From contig JBEKBM010000005.1 of the NCBI GenBank assembly GCA_050015395.1, positions 57,997 to 121,996 of the forward strand: 64,000 bases of DNA. Reading direction: 5' to 3'. Every line of letters begins with the position of its first letter. Positions within the stretch are counted from its first letter, which is position 1. Both the position numbers and the translations under genes were made by a program. Source of the stretch: Candidatus Bathyarchaeia archaeon. GTDB taxonomy: Archaea > Thermoproteota > Bathyarchaeia > Bathyarchaeales > Bathycorpusculaceae. This document shows positions 19,246-29,817 of the stretch, piece by piece. Under the pieces are notes generated by a model. It had not been told where the DNA came from and did no database searches. It saw nothing but the letters and a program-made list of their open reading frames with translations.

Positions 19246-19935
19246 ATGAGTGAAAAGTTCACCGTTGCACGTTTAACAAAAGAAAACGAGCATTTTGAAA
19301 TCCTAGTTAAACCTCAAAAAGCACTGGATTACCGCAACGGCAAAATCGCGGGAATAACAGAAGTTTTAGCGGCTGAAATCATTTTCTCTGACGCAAACAA
19401 AGGCACCAAAGTTTCCGAAGAAGCAATGCACAAAGCCTTCGGAACCACAGACCCATTAAAAGTTGCTGATACGATACTGAAGAAAGGAACGCTTCAACTT
19501 ACAACTGAACAAAGACGTAAAATGGTCGAAGACAAGAGAAGACAAATAATTGATTTCATTTCAAGACAGGCAGTTGACCCAAAAACGAATCTGCCGCATC
19601 CTCCAATGCGCATAGAGAATGCGATGGAGCAAATCCGTTACTCAATTGACCCATACAAGCCAGTGGAAGAACAAGCCAGAGACATAGTAAAACTGTTGCG
19701 GCCGATTTTGCCCTTAAAGATAGAGCAAGTAACAGTCGCAGTGAAGATACCCGCCCAATACTCAGCAAGAGCTTACGGGTCAGTCAAAACTTTGGGTACC
19801 ATAAAACGGGAAGAATGGCGTGGAGACGGCTCATGGTATGGTGAGATAGAATTGCCTGCTGGATCATACGCCTCGTTGCTAAACAAACTTGGCGACGTAA
19901 CTAAGGGAAGTGGAGAAGCAAAAATAATCTCTTAA
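19246..19935 (+). CDS. Ribosome maturation protein SBDS/Sdo1
   Basis: HFEILV, TTEQRR, DPKTNLPHPPxRIE; conserved operon position. Confidence 0.96.
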   Translation: MSEKFTVARLTKENEHFEILVKPQKALDYRNGKIAGITEVLAAEIIFSDANKGTKVSEEAMHKAFGTTDPLKVADTILKKGTLQLTTEQRRKMVEDKRRQIIDFISRQAVDPKTNLPHPPMRIENAMEQIRYSIDPYKPVEEQARDIVKLLRPILPLKIEQVTVAVKIPAQYSARAYGSVKTLGTIKREEWRGDGSWYGEIELPAGSYASLLNKLGDVTKGSGEAKIIS

Positions 19936-19961
19936 AAAAATAAAATTGGATGGTGAAAATT

Positions 19962-20672
19962 ATGCCAATGTTCTTTGAAAAAAAACAGCTTGTGACGCCA
20001 GGAGAATTGCTTGCTGAAGGCGATTATTTAGCTGGCGAAAACACATACATGGAACAGAACAAGATTTACGCCTCAAGAATCGGGCTTGTAGATACCGACA
20101 ATAAAAAAGTAAATGTTGTTGCACTTAGGGCTTTTTATGTGCCTAAAATGGGTGATATTGTGATTGGTTCAGTCGTGGAAGTTGGATTTAACGGCTGGAC
20201 AGTTGATATTAAATCACCCTACACAGCGCTCCTGCGTGCATCAGACGTTTTAAGCAGGCCCTTCAAGCCTCAAAGCGACGAGTTATCGCAAGTTTTAAAC
20301 GCTGGCGACTTAATTGTCGCAAAAATCGCTTCGTATGACAGAGCTCACGACCCACAGCTTACTGTTGGAGAGCCAGGGTTAGGAAAAATAACTCGAGGGC
20401 AAATTCTTCATGTGACGCCTACAAAGATTCCTCGTATAATCGGTAGAAAAGGCTCAATGATTTCTATGATAAAACAGGAAACAGGTTGCCAAATTATTCT
20501 GGGGCTTAACGGTGTCATCTTAGTCACTGGGAAAAACCTTGAGGACGAGGAACTTGCCATAACGGCGATTAAAAAGATTGAGGAAGAATCCCACACAAGT
20601 GGCCTCACAGATCGCATAACACAGTTACTTAAAGAAAGTAAAGGTAAAGTGGAGGAAAATAAGAATGAATGA
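19962..20672 (+). CDS. rrp4: Exosome RNA-binding protein Rrp4
   Basis: VxPGE, S1 domain, KH motif [12 protein letters not shown]. Confidence 0.96.
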   Translation: MPMFFEKKQLVTPGELLAEGDYLAGENTYMEQNKIYASRIGLVDTDNKKVNVVALRAFYVPKMGDIVIGSVVEVGFNGWTVDIKSPYTALLRASDVLSRPFKPQSDELSQVLNAGDLIVAKIASYDRAHDPQLTVGEPGLGKITRGQILHVTPTKIPRIIGRKGSMISMIKQETGCQIILGLNGVILVTGKNLEDEELAITAIKKIEEESHTSGLTDRITQLLKESKGKVEENKNE

Positions 20673-21402
20673 AAAACCTGAAAAATTAATTGATAAAAAA
20701 GGTATTAGATTAGATGGTAGAAAAGCAGATGAACTTCGCCCCCTAAAGCTTCAAGTCGGCGTTTTATCACACGCTGATGGATCAGCCTATATTGAACATG
20801 GAAAAAACAAGATTTTAGCCGCGGCTTTCGGTCCAAGAGAGATGCATCCAAAGCACCTATCATTGCCAGACCGTATGGTTTTGCGGTGCCGTTATCATAT
20901 GGCTCCATTTTCAGTGCAGGAACGTAAATCACCTGCGCCTTCAAGAAGGGAAGTAGAGCTATCTAAAGTGATAAAGGAATGTTTGGAGCCAGCCTTGTTC
21001 TTGGAGCTTTATCCACGGACAGGCGTGGATGTTTTCGTTGAGGTGCTGCAGGCTGACGGTGGAACACGTTGTGCAAGCATTACTGCTGCTGCACTAGCTA
21101 TTGCTGACGCTGGTGTTCCAATGCGTGATTTGGTGGTTGCTTGCGCTGCTGGAAAAATTGATGACACTGTTGTTTTGGACTTGTATGATGCTGAGGACAA
21201 GCTTGGCGCCGCGGATGTTCCAGTAGCTTATATGCCTAGTTTAAATGCGGTTACTCTGCTTCAGATGGATGGCAACCTTACACCTGAAGAATTTGAGAAA
21301 GCAATGAATATGGCGATTGATGGGTGCAAGAAAATCTATGAAATGCAGAAGGAAGCGTTAAAAACTAAGTACATGATTGTTAAGGAGGAGGCTGAAGAGT
21401 AA
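20665..21402 (+). CDS. rrp41: Exosome exonuclease Rrp41
   Basis: RLDGRxxDELRP, ADGSAY, QADGGTR. Confidence 0.97.
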   Translation: MNEKPEKLIDKKGIRLDGRKADELRPLKLQVGVLSHADGSAYIEHGKNKILAAAFGPREMHPKHLSLPDRMVLRCRYHMAPFSVQERKSPAPSRREVELSKVIKECLEPALFLELYPRTGVDVFVEVLQADGGTRCASITAAALAIADAGVPMRDLVVACAAGKIDDTVVLDLYDAEDKLGAADVPVAYMPSLNAVTLLQMDGNLTPEEFEKAMNMAIDGCKKIYEMQKEALKTKYMIVKEEAEE

Positions 21403-22193
21403 TGTCGTCACTTGTTACTCGCGTTAGACTAAAGCAGATTGAGCAGTTTATCGAAAAGGGAAAACGCCTAGATGATAGAGGTTTGCGTGATTACAGAGAA
21501 ATCAAGATTGAGCAGGGTTTGATTGAGCGTGCTGAAGGTTCAGCTAGAGTTTTGCTTGGGAAGACAGAGGTTCTTGTAGGCGTAAAAGTTGAAACTGGCG
21601 AACCATTCGCCGACACACCTAATGAAGGCGTCTTAACTGTTAACGCTGAGCTTGTTCCAGTAGCCTCGCCGAACTTTGAGCCAGGACCACCTGACGAAAA
21701 CTCAATTGAATTAGCAAGAGTTGTTGACAGAGGCATACGCGAATCAAAAGCAATCGATACTGAAAAGCTATGCATAGAGCCAGGCAAGAAAGTCTTCGTC
21801 GTATTCGTGGATGTTTATGTGCTCAATCATGATGGAAACTTGATTGACGCTTCAGCTTTAGCTGCTATGGCTGCTTTGCTAAACACAAAGATGCCTAATT
21901 ACGAAATCAAAGATGGCGAACTAAAGATTAAGCAGGGTTACACTCCGTTACCAGTGAAAAGCCACCCAGTAACCGTTACTACGGGAAAAATCAACAATTC
22001 CCTCATAGTTGATCCTGGGCTGGAAGAAGAGCAAGTTATGGATTCGCGAATATCAATGGCTATCAACGACGAAGGAAACATTTGTGCTGTTCAGAAGGGC
22101 GGCTCAGGCTATTTCACACCGCAACAGATTTTAGAGGCATCAAAGATTGCTCAGGAGAAAGCAGTTGAAATACGCAAGAAGCTTAATTGGTGA
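21402..22193 (+). CDS. rrp42: Exosome subunit Rrp42
   Basis: AEGSARV, FEPGPPDENSIELARVVDRGIR, HDGNLIDA. Confidence 0.97.
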   Translation: MSSLVTRVRLKQIEQFIEKGKRLDDRGLRDYREIKIEQGLIERAEGSARVLLGKTEVLVGVKVETGEPFADTPNEGVLTVNAELVPVASPNFEPGPPDENSIELARVVDRGIRESKAIDTEKLCIEPGKKVFVVFVDVYVLNHDGNLIDASALAAMAALLNTKMPNYEIKDGELKIKQGYTPLPVKSHPVTVTTGKINNSLIVDPGLEEEQVMDSRISMAINDEGNICAVQKGGSGYFTPQQILEASKIAQEKAVEIRKKLNW

Positions 22194-22528
22194 AAAAGTT
22201 GCCGAAGACAAAGAAAGTCGGTCCAACACGAGGTTTAGGTCCACGTTACGGTGCCACAGTTAGGAAACGCTATATGAAAGTAATCATTGAACTCAGAAGA
22301 CCGCACAAATGCCCAAGCTGCGGCTTCGTAAGGGTGAAACGTGAAAGCGTCGGCGTTTGGAAATGCAGCAAATGCGGCTTCACTTTTTCAGGTGGAGCTT
22401 ACACTCCAACAACTAAGCTGGGTGTTGTGGCTAAGCGTGCAGCTAAAGGTTTGACCGTAGAGGAAGCCACAAAAGAAGCAGCAAAAGCTGAAGCTGTTGA
22501 GCCGGCAACCGAAGAAGAAACCGACTAA
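22187..22528 (+). CDS. rpl37ae: 50S ribosomal protein L37ae
   Basis: GPRYGATVRKR, CPSC...GVWKCSKC, GGAY. Confidence 0.96.
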   Translation: MVKKLPKTKKVGPTRGLGPRYGATVRKRYMKVIIELRRPHKCPSCGFVRVKRESVGVWKCSKCGFTFSGGAYTPTTKLGVVAKRAAKGLTVEEATKEAAKAEAVEPATEEETD

Positions 22529-22546
22529 CCTTTCCTTTATTTTATT

Positions 22547-22657
22547 TTTTGTTTGCTTTTTGTTGTTGATTTTTGTCACAAATAGTAGGGTAGGTCTAAC
22601 GGGTAGCTGGTTTAGGTTCAGGGCTTGTTTTGGGTTGCTTTTTTGGTTTAGGGCTTG
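22547..22657 (+). repeat. Dispersed ~110-bp intergenic repeat, copy B
   Basis: CAAATAGTAGGGTAGGTCTA core; last 34 bp identical to copy C. Confidence 0.85.
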
Positions 22658-22815
22658 ATTTGGACTTAAGTTGAGGCTAAAAAGGCATGGAAAAGGTGAA
22701 AAAGTGCTTGTTTACTGTACTCGCTTAGGCTCAAAATCAAGGGAAACCGAATTGGCTTTAACTTAGGTTTTTGTTTATTACTTGGAACTTCGCTGATTAA
22801 TCTAGGCGCTGCTAA

Positions 22816-23073
22816 ATGGCAATTAATGCAAAAGCTACTATCCGCTTAAAACTTCCTTCCGATAAACAGTTAACCACACTTCTTAACGCTTTAACGCCAG
22901 AAGCCAACGCACCAGTAACAAGACGAGCCACGGTAAAATTGGAAAAAGACGGCTTATTTTTGATGTTGGCGGTTGATGCTGAGGACACGGTTGCTTTGCG
23001 CTCAACGTTGAATGCTTATTTGAGATGGATAAACTCAGCAATTAACGTGATAGACGTGGTTGAGCGGGCTTAG
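22816..23073 (+). CDS. pcc1: KEOPS complex subunit Pcc1
   Basis: AEDTVALRSTLNAYLRW; size and operon position fit. Confidence 0.9.
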   Translation: MAINAKATIRLKLPSDKQLTTLLNALTPEANAPVTRRATVKLEKDGLFLMLAVDAEDTVALRSTLNAYLRWINSAINVIDVVERA

Positions 23074-23175
23074 TTGTTGGGGTAACAGTGCTTGGGGCAA
23101 GTTTATAGACGCGAATACTTAAAGGAGGTTTAATCAGCTTGGTGTTCTTTTTCAAAGTTTTTGTTAAGTAATTGT

Positions 23176-23433
23176 TCATTTGTATTTTGCTTTGAATATT
23201 AGGATTATGAGGGCTTGGATGAAAGCTAAAGAATTCGCAATAATAATCGGCGAATTATTCAGGTAAACTCCGTAAACAAACCATAAGAACACGCCACAGC
23301 AATACAGCGTGAACATTCCGGTTGAGATGTCTTTGGTTGATTTGGTTTTCCAAACCTTGATTAACTGTGGGAAAAGCGCGATTGTGGTGAATGCAGCGGC
23401 GATTAAGCCAATTATCGTTATTGTATCCATCAT
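23176..23433 (-). CDS. SemiSWEET/PQ-loop sugar transporter
   Basis: PQLIKVWKTKSTKDIS, WFVYG, PIIIAN. Confidence 0.92.
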   Translation of the reverse strand: MMDTITIIGLIAAAFTTIALFPQLIKVWKTKSTKDISTGMFTLYCCGVFLWFVYGVYLNNSPIIIANSLAFIQALIILIFKAKYK

Positions 23434-23625
23434 GCTCTTGCCCTTATAGCTTGCATGCGGTTAGTATAAGTTTCGTTTACTAAAACAAATTACCCAAGAA
23501 GAACACAATAACATGAGTTCACGGCTTCAACACACAAAGTTAACTCTTCATTGGTCAAAAAGGTTTAAATAAATACTGTCTCATTTCGTATATGCTTTAA
23601 GTTAAAAAACGGATGAAAATTTAAC

Positions 23626-24117
23626 ATGTCACAGGAATATCGCTATATACTTCGTATTATGGGTACAGACGTTCAAGGTACCCTTAAGACTTCTTACGCG
23701 GTAGCACAAGTAAAAGGTGTAAGCATGAGCCTCTCAAACGCAATCCTGAAAAAGGCAGAAGTAAACCCTGACTTGCGAGTAGGCTTCTTAGCAGAATCAG
23801 ACATATCAAAAATAGAGGATGTTATAAGAAACCCAGCAAAATATAGCCTGCCAACTTGGCTTTTTAACAGGCGAAAAGATTCGGTAACAGGGAAAGACAT
23901 GCACCTTTTAAGCGCTGACCTAGTTTTGAGAACAAAAATGGATATTGATGAAGCCAAAGAAATCAAGTCTTGGCGTGGATACCGCCATGCTTACGGCCTG
24001 AAAGTTCGTGGGCAAAGAACAAAAACTACTGGAAGAGCTGGCAAAGCCTTGGGAGTTAAAAAGAAGACTTTGCTGCAGAAGCCTGGTGGAGCACCAGCCG
24101 CTGAAGGAGGCAAATAA
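23626..24117 (+). CDS. rps13: 30S ribosomal protein S13
   Basis: [22 protein letters not shown]. Confidence 0.98.
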   Translation: MSQEYRYILRIMGTDVQGTLKTSYAVAQVKGVSMSLSNAILKKAEVNPDLRVGFLAESDISKIEDVIRNPAKYSLPTWLFNRRKDSVTGKDMHLLSADLVLRTKMDIDEAKEIKSWRGYRHAYGLKVRGQRTKTTGRAGKALGVKKKTLLQKPGGAPAAEGGK

Positions 24118-24119
24118 AC

Positions 24120-24710
24120 ACGGGAGATCCAAAGAAGCAACGTAAAAAATTTGATACTCCCCGATTTAAATGGCGCAAAGACATCCTTCAAGAAGAGCTC
24201 AAACTAGTAGGTCAATATGGCTTAAGAAACAAGCATGAACTCTGGCGTCTTAAAACCACTCTGTCAAAAACCAGAGGCATCGCCCGATCACTTATCAGTA
24301 AAACTCCTGAAGAACGCGCAAAAATGGAAAACGAGCAGCTTGCAAAACTCAAAAAACTAGGCATCCTACAAGAAACCGCCGTGTTGGACAACGTTTTAGA
24401 CTTAACAATCGAAGACATCTTAGAACGCAGACTTCAAACAATCGTTTTCCGCAAAGGCTTAGCAAGAACAATCTTCCAATCACGCCAACTAATCAATCAT
24501 GGACACGTAACCATAGATGGCCGCCGCGTAACAATCCCCAGCTACATAGTGCCAAAAGCGGATGAAACAAAAGTAATCTATTCCCCAGAGAGTGCAGTTG
24601 CAAACCAAGCCCACCCGTTACGCGTCGGATTAACAGTCGTAGCTAAACAACCAGAAATCAGGCAGCCTGCTCGAGGCGGAAGAAGAGGCGGAAGAGGCGG
24701 CAGATTTTGA
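24120..24710 (+). CDS. rps4: 30S ribosomal protein S4 (apparent ACG start)
   Basis: Frame from 24120 reads (M)[13 protein letters not shown]...[10 protein letters not shown]...LERRLQT; the ORF track only shows the part from 24324. Confidence 0.95.
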   Translation, partial: TGDPKKQRKKFDTPRFKWRKDILQEELKLVGQYGLRNKHELWRLKTTLSKTRGIARSLISKTPEERAKMENEQLAKLKKLGILQETAVLDNVLDLTIEDILERRLQTIVFRKGLARTIFQSRQLINHGHVTIDGRRVTIPSYIVPKADETKVIYSPESAVANQAHPLRVGLTVVAKQPEIRQPARGGRRGGRGGRF

Positions 24711-25111
24711 GCGCCAGCAACAAACGAAACGAGAAATGGGCAATCGTCCACATCTTCAGCTCCTACAATAACACGCTAATTCACATAACTGACATTTCAG
24801 GCGCAGAAACAATCGCTCGCACAAGCGGCGGCATGTACGTAAAAGCAGACCGCATGGAATCATCACCCTACGCGGCTATGCGTGCAGCAACCGGCGCAGC
24901 TGAAGTGGCTCGGGATAAAGGAATAACAGCCATCCACATTAAGGTACGAGCGCCAGGCGGTTCGGGACCAAGAACTCCGGGGCCAGGTGCTCAAGCAGCC
25001 ATACGTGCTCTTGCAAGGTTTGGTTTCCGTATTGAACGTATTGAAGAAGTTACGCCAATTCCCCATGACGGCACAAGACGGCCAGGTGGCAGAAGAGGAA
25101 GAAGAGTCTAA
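24707..25111 (+). CDS. rps11: 30S ribosomal protein S11
   Basis: [32 protein letters not shown]. Confidence 0.98.
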   Translation: MSASNKRNEKWAIVHIFSSYNNTLIHITDISGAETIARTSGGMYVKADRMESSPYAAMRAATGAAEVARDKGITAIHIKVRAPGGSGPRTPGPGAQAAIRALARFGFRIERIEEVTPIPHDGTRRPGGRRGRRV

Positions 25112-25195
25112 TCTCAATTTCCCCTCTTTATTGACAGAAAAATTGAAATAATGCACTATATCTGTATTGAACGCATTATTGGAGTGTCTTAGCAA

Positions 25196-26011
25196 GTGAA
25201 AATAGAAATCCTTGAAAAAAACGATAGCAACCTCCGCATAATCGTCAGAGAAGCGGATGTTACGTTAATGAACGCTCTGCGTCGAATAGCACTTGCTGAG
25301 GTGCCCACCATGGCAATTGACGAAGTTGTCATGATAGAAAATTCCTCAATTTTGCAGGATGAAATAATTGCTCATCGGCTAGGGCTAACGCCACTGAAAA
25401 CTGACTTGGACACTTACAATCTTCCTGAAGTGTGCGAATGTAAAAGCGAATTCGGCTGCTCGCAATGCCGAGTGACGCTTACGCTGGATGCTGAAGCAAA
25501 GGAAGGAACAAGAACAGTTTATTCAGGCGAAATCGTGTCAGAAAACCCTGAAATTATCCCCGTGTCAGACAAGATCCCACTAGTAAAGCTGGCTAAAAAC
25601 CAGAAATTAAAACTTGAAGCCTACGCCCGGCTCGGAAGAGGCAAAACTCACGCCAAGTGGCAGCCAACTTCAGTGTGCGCTTACAAGTATTTCCCACAAA
25701 TAACCGTTCCAACAGAGAAATGTGAAGACTGCGCAAAATGCGTAGACATATGCCCCAAGAAAGTGCTCGCCATTAAAGACGAGAAAGTTGATGTTAGAGA
25801 CCTCTTAGCATGTAACCTTTGCATGGACTGTGTTGAAGCTTGTCCACAAAAGCCGTCACCGTTGAAGGTTGAATGGGAAAAGAATGCTTTCATAATGAAC
25901 ATTGAGTCAACGGGTGCGCTTCCTCCAGAACGTATCCTTAAAGAAGCCACCAAAACGTTAGGTAAACAATTAAACGAACTTGAAGAATTAGTAAAGGCTG
26001 AACAACAATGA
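25196..26011 (+). CDS. rpoD: RNA polymerase subunit Rpo3 (D) with ferredoxin insert
   Basis: NALRR, DEIIAHRLGL, HAKW, two CxxCxxC motifs. Confidence 0.97.
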   Translation: MKIEILEKNDSNLRIIVREADVTLMNALRRIALAEVPTMAIDEVVMIENSSILQDEIIAHRLGLTPLKTDLDTYNLPEVCECKSEFGCSQCRVTLTLDAEAKEGTRTVYSGEIVSENPEIIPVSDKIPLVKLAKNQKLKLEAYARLGRGKTHAKWQPTSVCAYKYFPQITVPTEKCEDCAKCVDICPKKVLAIKDEKVDVRDLLACNLCMDCVEACPQKPSPLKVEWEKNAFIMNIESTGALPPERILKEATKTLGKQLNELEELVKAEQQ

Positions 26012-26370
26012 GAGAAACCAAAACAACAAACCCGGAATTAATCCAGCTTATTCGTCTTTTAAAGAAAGAGAGCAGAGAAAAACAAGCAGGCATCTGGCTA
26101 GACGTAGCTGACCATTTAGCCAAGTCGCGGAGTCAACGCATCTCAGTTAACCTGAGCAGGATAAACAGGAACACTAAAAGAAGCGATGTAGTTGTTGTTC
26201 CCGGCAAAATCTTGGGGTCAGGCAGCATAAACCATGCGGTAACAGTGGCGTCATTTGGTGCTTCTGAGAAAGCGAAGGCGAAACTTGTTGCTGTCAAAGC
26301 GAAATATCTTTCAATCCCTGAGCTCTTAGAGAAAAATCCAACTGGTGCAAAAGTAAAGATTATTCGGTGA
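26008..26370 (+). CDS. rpl18e: 50S ribosomal protein L18e
   Basis: TNP, VNLSRI, VVVPGKILGSG. Confidence 0.96.
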   Translation: MRETKTTNPELIQLIRLLKKESREKQAGIWLDVADHLAKSRSQRISVNLSRINRNTKRSDVVVVPGKILGSGSINHAVTVASFGASEKAKAKLVAVKAKYLSIPELLEKNPTGAKVKIIR

Positions 26371-26822
26371 AAAAAATGCAAACAAAAAAAGCTCCTGTCA
26401 CACTGGTAAACGCTGAAGGATTAATAGTTGGCAGAATGTGCAGTAAAGTTGCCAAAAGATTACTGAACGGAGAAGAAGTCATCATCCTTAACGCTGAAAA
26501 AGCCGTGTTCTCAGGCAAAAAGAAAAGCAAAGTTTTAGAAGCCCACGTCTTCCTTGAAGTAGGCGCTCCAAGGCGCGGCCCATTCCATTACCGAAGACCC
26601 GACCGTTTCCTGCGAAAAGCCGTAAGAGGAATGGTTCCGTATAAGCAGCCTAAAGGCAAAAACGCCTATAAACGGCTCAAAGTATTTATGGGCATACCCT
26701 TAGAGCTTAAAGATCAAGAAATGATTACGTTCACAGAAGCTTCATCTGCCAATCTTAAAGGGCCACATTTCACCCTTGGAGAAATGGCAAAAGAAATTGG
26801 ATGGAACGATAGGATGAAATAA
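26367..26822 (+). CDS. rpl13: 50S ribosomal protein L13
   Basis: GRMCSKVAK, NAEKAV, GPFHYRRP, VRGM. Confidence 0.96.
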   Translation: MKKMQTKKAPVTLVNAEGLIVGRMCSKVAKRLLNGEEVIILNAEKAVFSGKKKSKVLEAHVFLEVGAPRRGPFHYRRPDRFLRKAVRGMVPYKQPKGKNAYKRLKVFMGIPLELKDQEMITFTEASSANLKGPHFTLGEMAKEIGWNDRMK

Positions 26823-26824
26823 TT

Positions 26825-27235
26825 ATGCCAGCAAAGAAAGTTTTAGTTGTTAGTGGAAAAAGAAAAACAGCAGTCGCCCGCGCCGTAGTTAAACAAGGCG
26901 TAGGCAAAATACGAATAAACATGACTCCAGTTGAAATTTACGAACCAGACATCGCTCGCGCAAAAATAATGGAGCCTCTACTGCAAGCAGGCGGCGACAT
27001 CTGGCAGCAACTAGACATGGACGTTAAAACCAGCGGCGGAGGCTACATGGGACAGGCAGAAGCCGCACGAATGGCGGTTGCAAATGCCCTGCTCAAATGG
27101 ACAAAAAGCACTCATTTACGCACAGTCTTTAGCGAATATGACAGAACAATGGTTGCCGGAGACTCCCGAACTAAAGAAACCAAAAAGGTCGGCGGAGCAG
27201 GCGCACGAGCAAAAGAACAGAAAAGTTACAGGTAA
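26825..27235 (+). CDS. rps9: 30S ribosomal protein S9
   Basis: GKRKTAVARA, GGG.MGQA, QKSYR. Confidence 0.98.
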   Translation: MPAKKVLVVSGKRKTAVARAVVKQGVGKIRINMTPVEIYEPDIARAKIMEPLLQAGGDIWQQLDMDVKTSGGGYMGQAEAARMAVANALLKWTKSTHLRTVFSEYDRTMVAGDSRTKETKKVGGAGARAKEQKSYR

Positions 27236-27250
27236 GGAGGAAAAAAACAA

Positions 27251-27481
27251 ATGATTATTCCCGTAAGATGCTTCACATGCGGCAAACTGGTTGGAGACCA
27301 ATGGGACGAGTTCACAAGACGCATCAAGACAGGCGAGAACGCAAGCGACATCTTAGACAGCTTAGGCTTGAAACGTTACTGTTGCAGACGAATGCTGCTC
27401 TCTAACGTCGAAATAATAGATGAAGTTCTGCGCTTTTATGAAGAAGCAGAGAAAAGAAAAGAAGCACGCAACCTGTATTAG
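27251..27481 (+). CDS. rpoN: RNA polymerase subunit Rpo10 (N)
   Basis: [18 protein letters not shown]. Confidence 0.98.
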   Translation: MIIPVRCFTCGKLVGDQWDEFTRRIKTGENASDILDSLGLKRYCCRRMLLSNVEIIDEVLRFYEEAEKRKEARNLY

Positions 27482-27500
27482 TTTATTTTAAAAAAAATAT

Positions 27501-28301
27501 TTAATGAGAATAAAGCTTCTCATACGGTCTCTTTGATACGGGAAGTATTTTCTTGAAGTTAGTGCTCAAGATTTCCTTGGGATCAGTGCCGAAGTGACTG
27601 GCGTATTCCTTGACTAAGCCTTCAATTGTTTGAGTATCTCGCTTGCCGACTTCCATTATTTTAGTTCCATTCACAGGTTCAAGAATCTCTCCTCGCTCGT
27701 AGATTACGCCGCCATGCATTCCCGTGCCGACAAACCTAGCTCTGCAGCGTTCGCCTTCTTTCAGGTTCAAGCCTAAGATGAGGATTATTCCGCCTGCCAT
27801 GTACTCAGCCAGAAAGTCGCCTGCCGTTTGTCCTATGACTATTTGGGGGAAATAGCGTTGGTACTCTTTCATGTGTATGCCAACTCTGTAGCCAACGTAG
27901 TCTCGGACGAAGATTTTTCCACCCCGCATCGAGTGCCCAGTTACGTCTCCAGCGTGGCCATTTATGATTATTTGCCCTTCATTCATTGTGTTGCCACAAC
28001 CATCCTGCGCGTTGCCATGTATCACCAATTTGGGTCCATTCATGAAGGCGCCAAGGTCGTTTCCTGGCGTTCCGTAAACGTCGATTTGCATGTTTGTGTC
28101 TAAGTCTGTGCCAATGTATCGTTGCCCGCAGACATTGTGTACCTCTATTCTTTCGGCATCACCGCAGATTGCCTGTCTCAGCAAGCAGTTCAATTCTTTA
28201 TAGTACAGTCCCTCTGCATCAATTTTCAGCACATTGCCGTCTTTTATTATGCGCGGAAGAAATTTCGCGTCGATTTCCACAACCGTTTTTTGTTCAATCA
28301 T
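27501..28301 (-). CDS. Glutamate synthase GXGXG-domain subunit (GltB3-like)
   Basis: GQRYIG, GTPGNDLGAF, repeated GxGxG, GTGMHGG. Confidence 0.9.
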   Translation of the reverse strand: MIEQKTVVEIDAKFLPRIIKDGNVLKIDAEGLYYKELNCLLRQAICGDAERIEVHNVCGQRYIGTDLDTNMQIDVYGTPGNDLGAFMNGPKLVIHGNAQDGCGNTMNEGQIIINGHAGDVTGHSMRGGKIFVRDYVGYRVGIHMKEYQRYFPQIVIGQTAGDFLAEYMAGGIILILGLNLKEGERCRARFVGTGMHGGVIYERGEILEPVNGTKIMEVGKRDTQTIEGLVKEYASHFGTDPKEILSTNFKKILPVSKRPYEKLYSH

Positions 28302-28305
28302 ACGT

Positions 28306-29817
28306 TTACTCTCCTGCCATTTTTACGCCTAGAATCTTTAACTCAGTCCTCGTTAAGCCGACACCTCTAAGTGCAAGTCGGTTGCCTCGCAAGCTTTCGA
28401 TGGCGTTTATACCCATGCCGCCCATCATATCTTTAATCTCTAAACTCCAGCTTTGAAGCAAATTGACTAATCGCTCAGAAGCAATGTCGGGGTTGATGCG
28501 TTTGCTAATCCACGGGTCACATGTCGCAATACCCCATGGGCATTTGCCAGTGTAGCAGCGTTGGCAAACAGTGCAGCCCATAGCTATCAAAGCGGCAGTT
28601 GCAATGTACACGGCGTCCGCTCCTAACGCTATAGCCTTAACCACATCAGCGCTGCTTCTAATGCCGCCAGCCGCGACGACGGAAGCATTATTTCTGATGC
28701 CTTCCTCTCTGAGCCGCTGGTCTACTTGTGCAATGGCTAACTCGATGGGTATGCCTACGTTGTCTCTGATGACTTTGGGTGCTGCGCCAGTTGCGCCTCT
28801 GACACCGTCAAGCGCGATTATGTCTGCTCCAGCCCGTACCATACCGCTGGCGATTGCAGCCGCGTTGTGAACAGCTGCGATTTTCACTGAGATAGGCTTA
28901 CTGTAGTTTGTGGCTTCTTTAAGCGCGTAAATTAACTGCCGTAAATCCTCAATTGAGTAGATGTCATGTTGCGGATAAGGTGAAAGCGCGTCTGTACCTA
29001 TCGGTATCATGCGTGTTTTGGCTACTTCTTTGGTTACTTTTTCGCCTGGCAAGTGTCCGCCTATGCCTGGTTTTGCGCCTTGGCCGATTTTGATTTCTAC
29101 AGCCGCACCTACGTCAAGATATTTAGGATGCACACCAAACCGTCCGGATGCAACTTGGACAATGGCGTGAGCGCCGTACTTGTATAGGCTCTTGTCTAAG
29201 CCGCCTTCGCCAGTGTTGAAGTATGTTCCGCATTCGGTGGCTGCTCTGGCTAAGGATTCATGTACGTTTAAGCTTACGGCGCCGTAGGACATTGCTGAGA
29301 ACATTACTGGAACGTCAAGGCAAAGTTGCGGAGTAAGCTGAGTCTTTAGTACTGTTTCGCCGTTTTCCATTTCCAGCTCTAGCTTGTCTGGTTTTTCGCC
29401 CAGATAAGTTCTGATCTCCATCGGTTCACGCAGCGGGTCGATTGAAGGGTTAGTTACTTGGCTAGCGTTTAGGAGCAGTCGGTCCCAGTAAGTGTAGTAT
29501 GGTTTGTCACAGCCCATGCCTGTTAAGATTACTGCGCCGCTTTCAGCTTGCTTTTTCACGTCTCGGATTGCTTCAACTGTCCAGTTGGCGTTGTCTCGGT
29601 TAGCAGTCGGGTTCTTTCTTACGGTGATAGCGTGGGTTGGGCAGAAGGTTACGCAGCGTTGGCAATTAACACAGTTCTCTTCCTTACTGCAAACCTTGTC
29701 GGTTTCTTCGTCATAGTAGTGCGTGTCGTATGTGCATTGGTTAACGCATACTTTGCAGCGTATGCAACGGTTTTGGTCACGTTCAACTAAATATTCAGGA
29801 ATCACGTAAGTTTTCAT
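28306..29817 (-). CDS. Glutamate synthase FMN-binding subunit with N-terminal 2x[4Fe-4S] (GltB2-like)
   Basis: AMSYGA, NTGEGG, QVASGRFGV, EIKIGQGAKPGIGGHLPG, HDIYSIEDL. Confidence 0.96.
   Translation of the reverse strand: MKTYVIPEYLVERDQNRCIRCKVCVNQCTYDTHYYDEETDKVCSKEENCVNCQRCVTFCPTHAITVRKNPTANRDNANWTVEAIRDVKKQAESGAVILTGMGCDKPYYTYWDRLLLNASQVTNPSIDPLREPMEIRTYLGEKPDKLELEMENGETVLKTQLTPQLCLDVPVMFSAMSYGAVSLNVHESLARAATECGTYFNTGEGGLDKSLYKYGAHAIVQVASGRFGVHPKYLDVGAAVEIKIGQGAKPGIGGHLPGEKVTKEVAKTRMIPIGTDALSPYPQHDIYSIEDLRQLIYALKEATNYSKPISVKIAAVHNAAAIASGMVRAGADIIALDGVRGATGAAPKVIRDNVGIPIELAIAQVDQRLREEGIRNNASVVAAGGIRSSADVVKAIALGADAVYIATAALIAMGCTVCQRCYTGKCPWGIATCDPWISKRINPDIASERLVNLLQSWSLEIKDMMGGMGINAIESLRGNRLALRGVGLTRTELKILGVKMAGE

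Noticed and set aside
22529-22815. Hidden rpoP or Brix gene expected after rpl37ae
   Set aside because: No CxxC-containing or otherwise plausible ORF; the gap holds the dispersed repeat instead.
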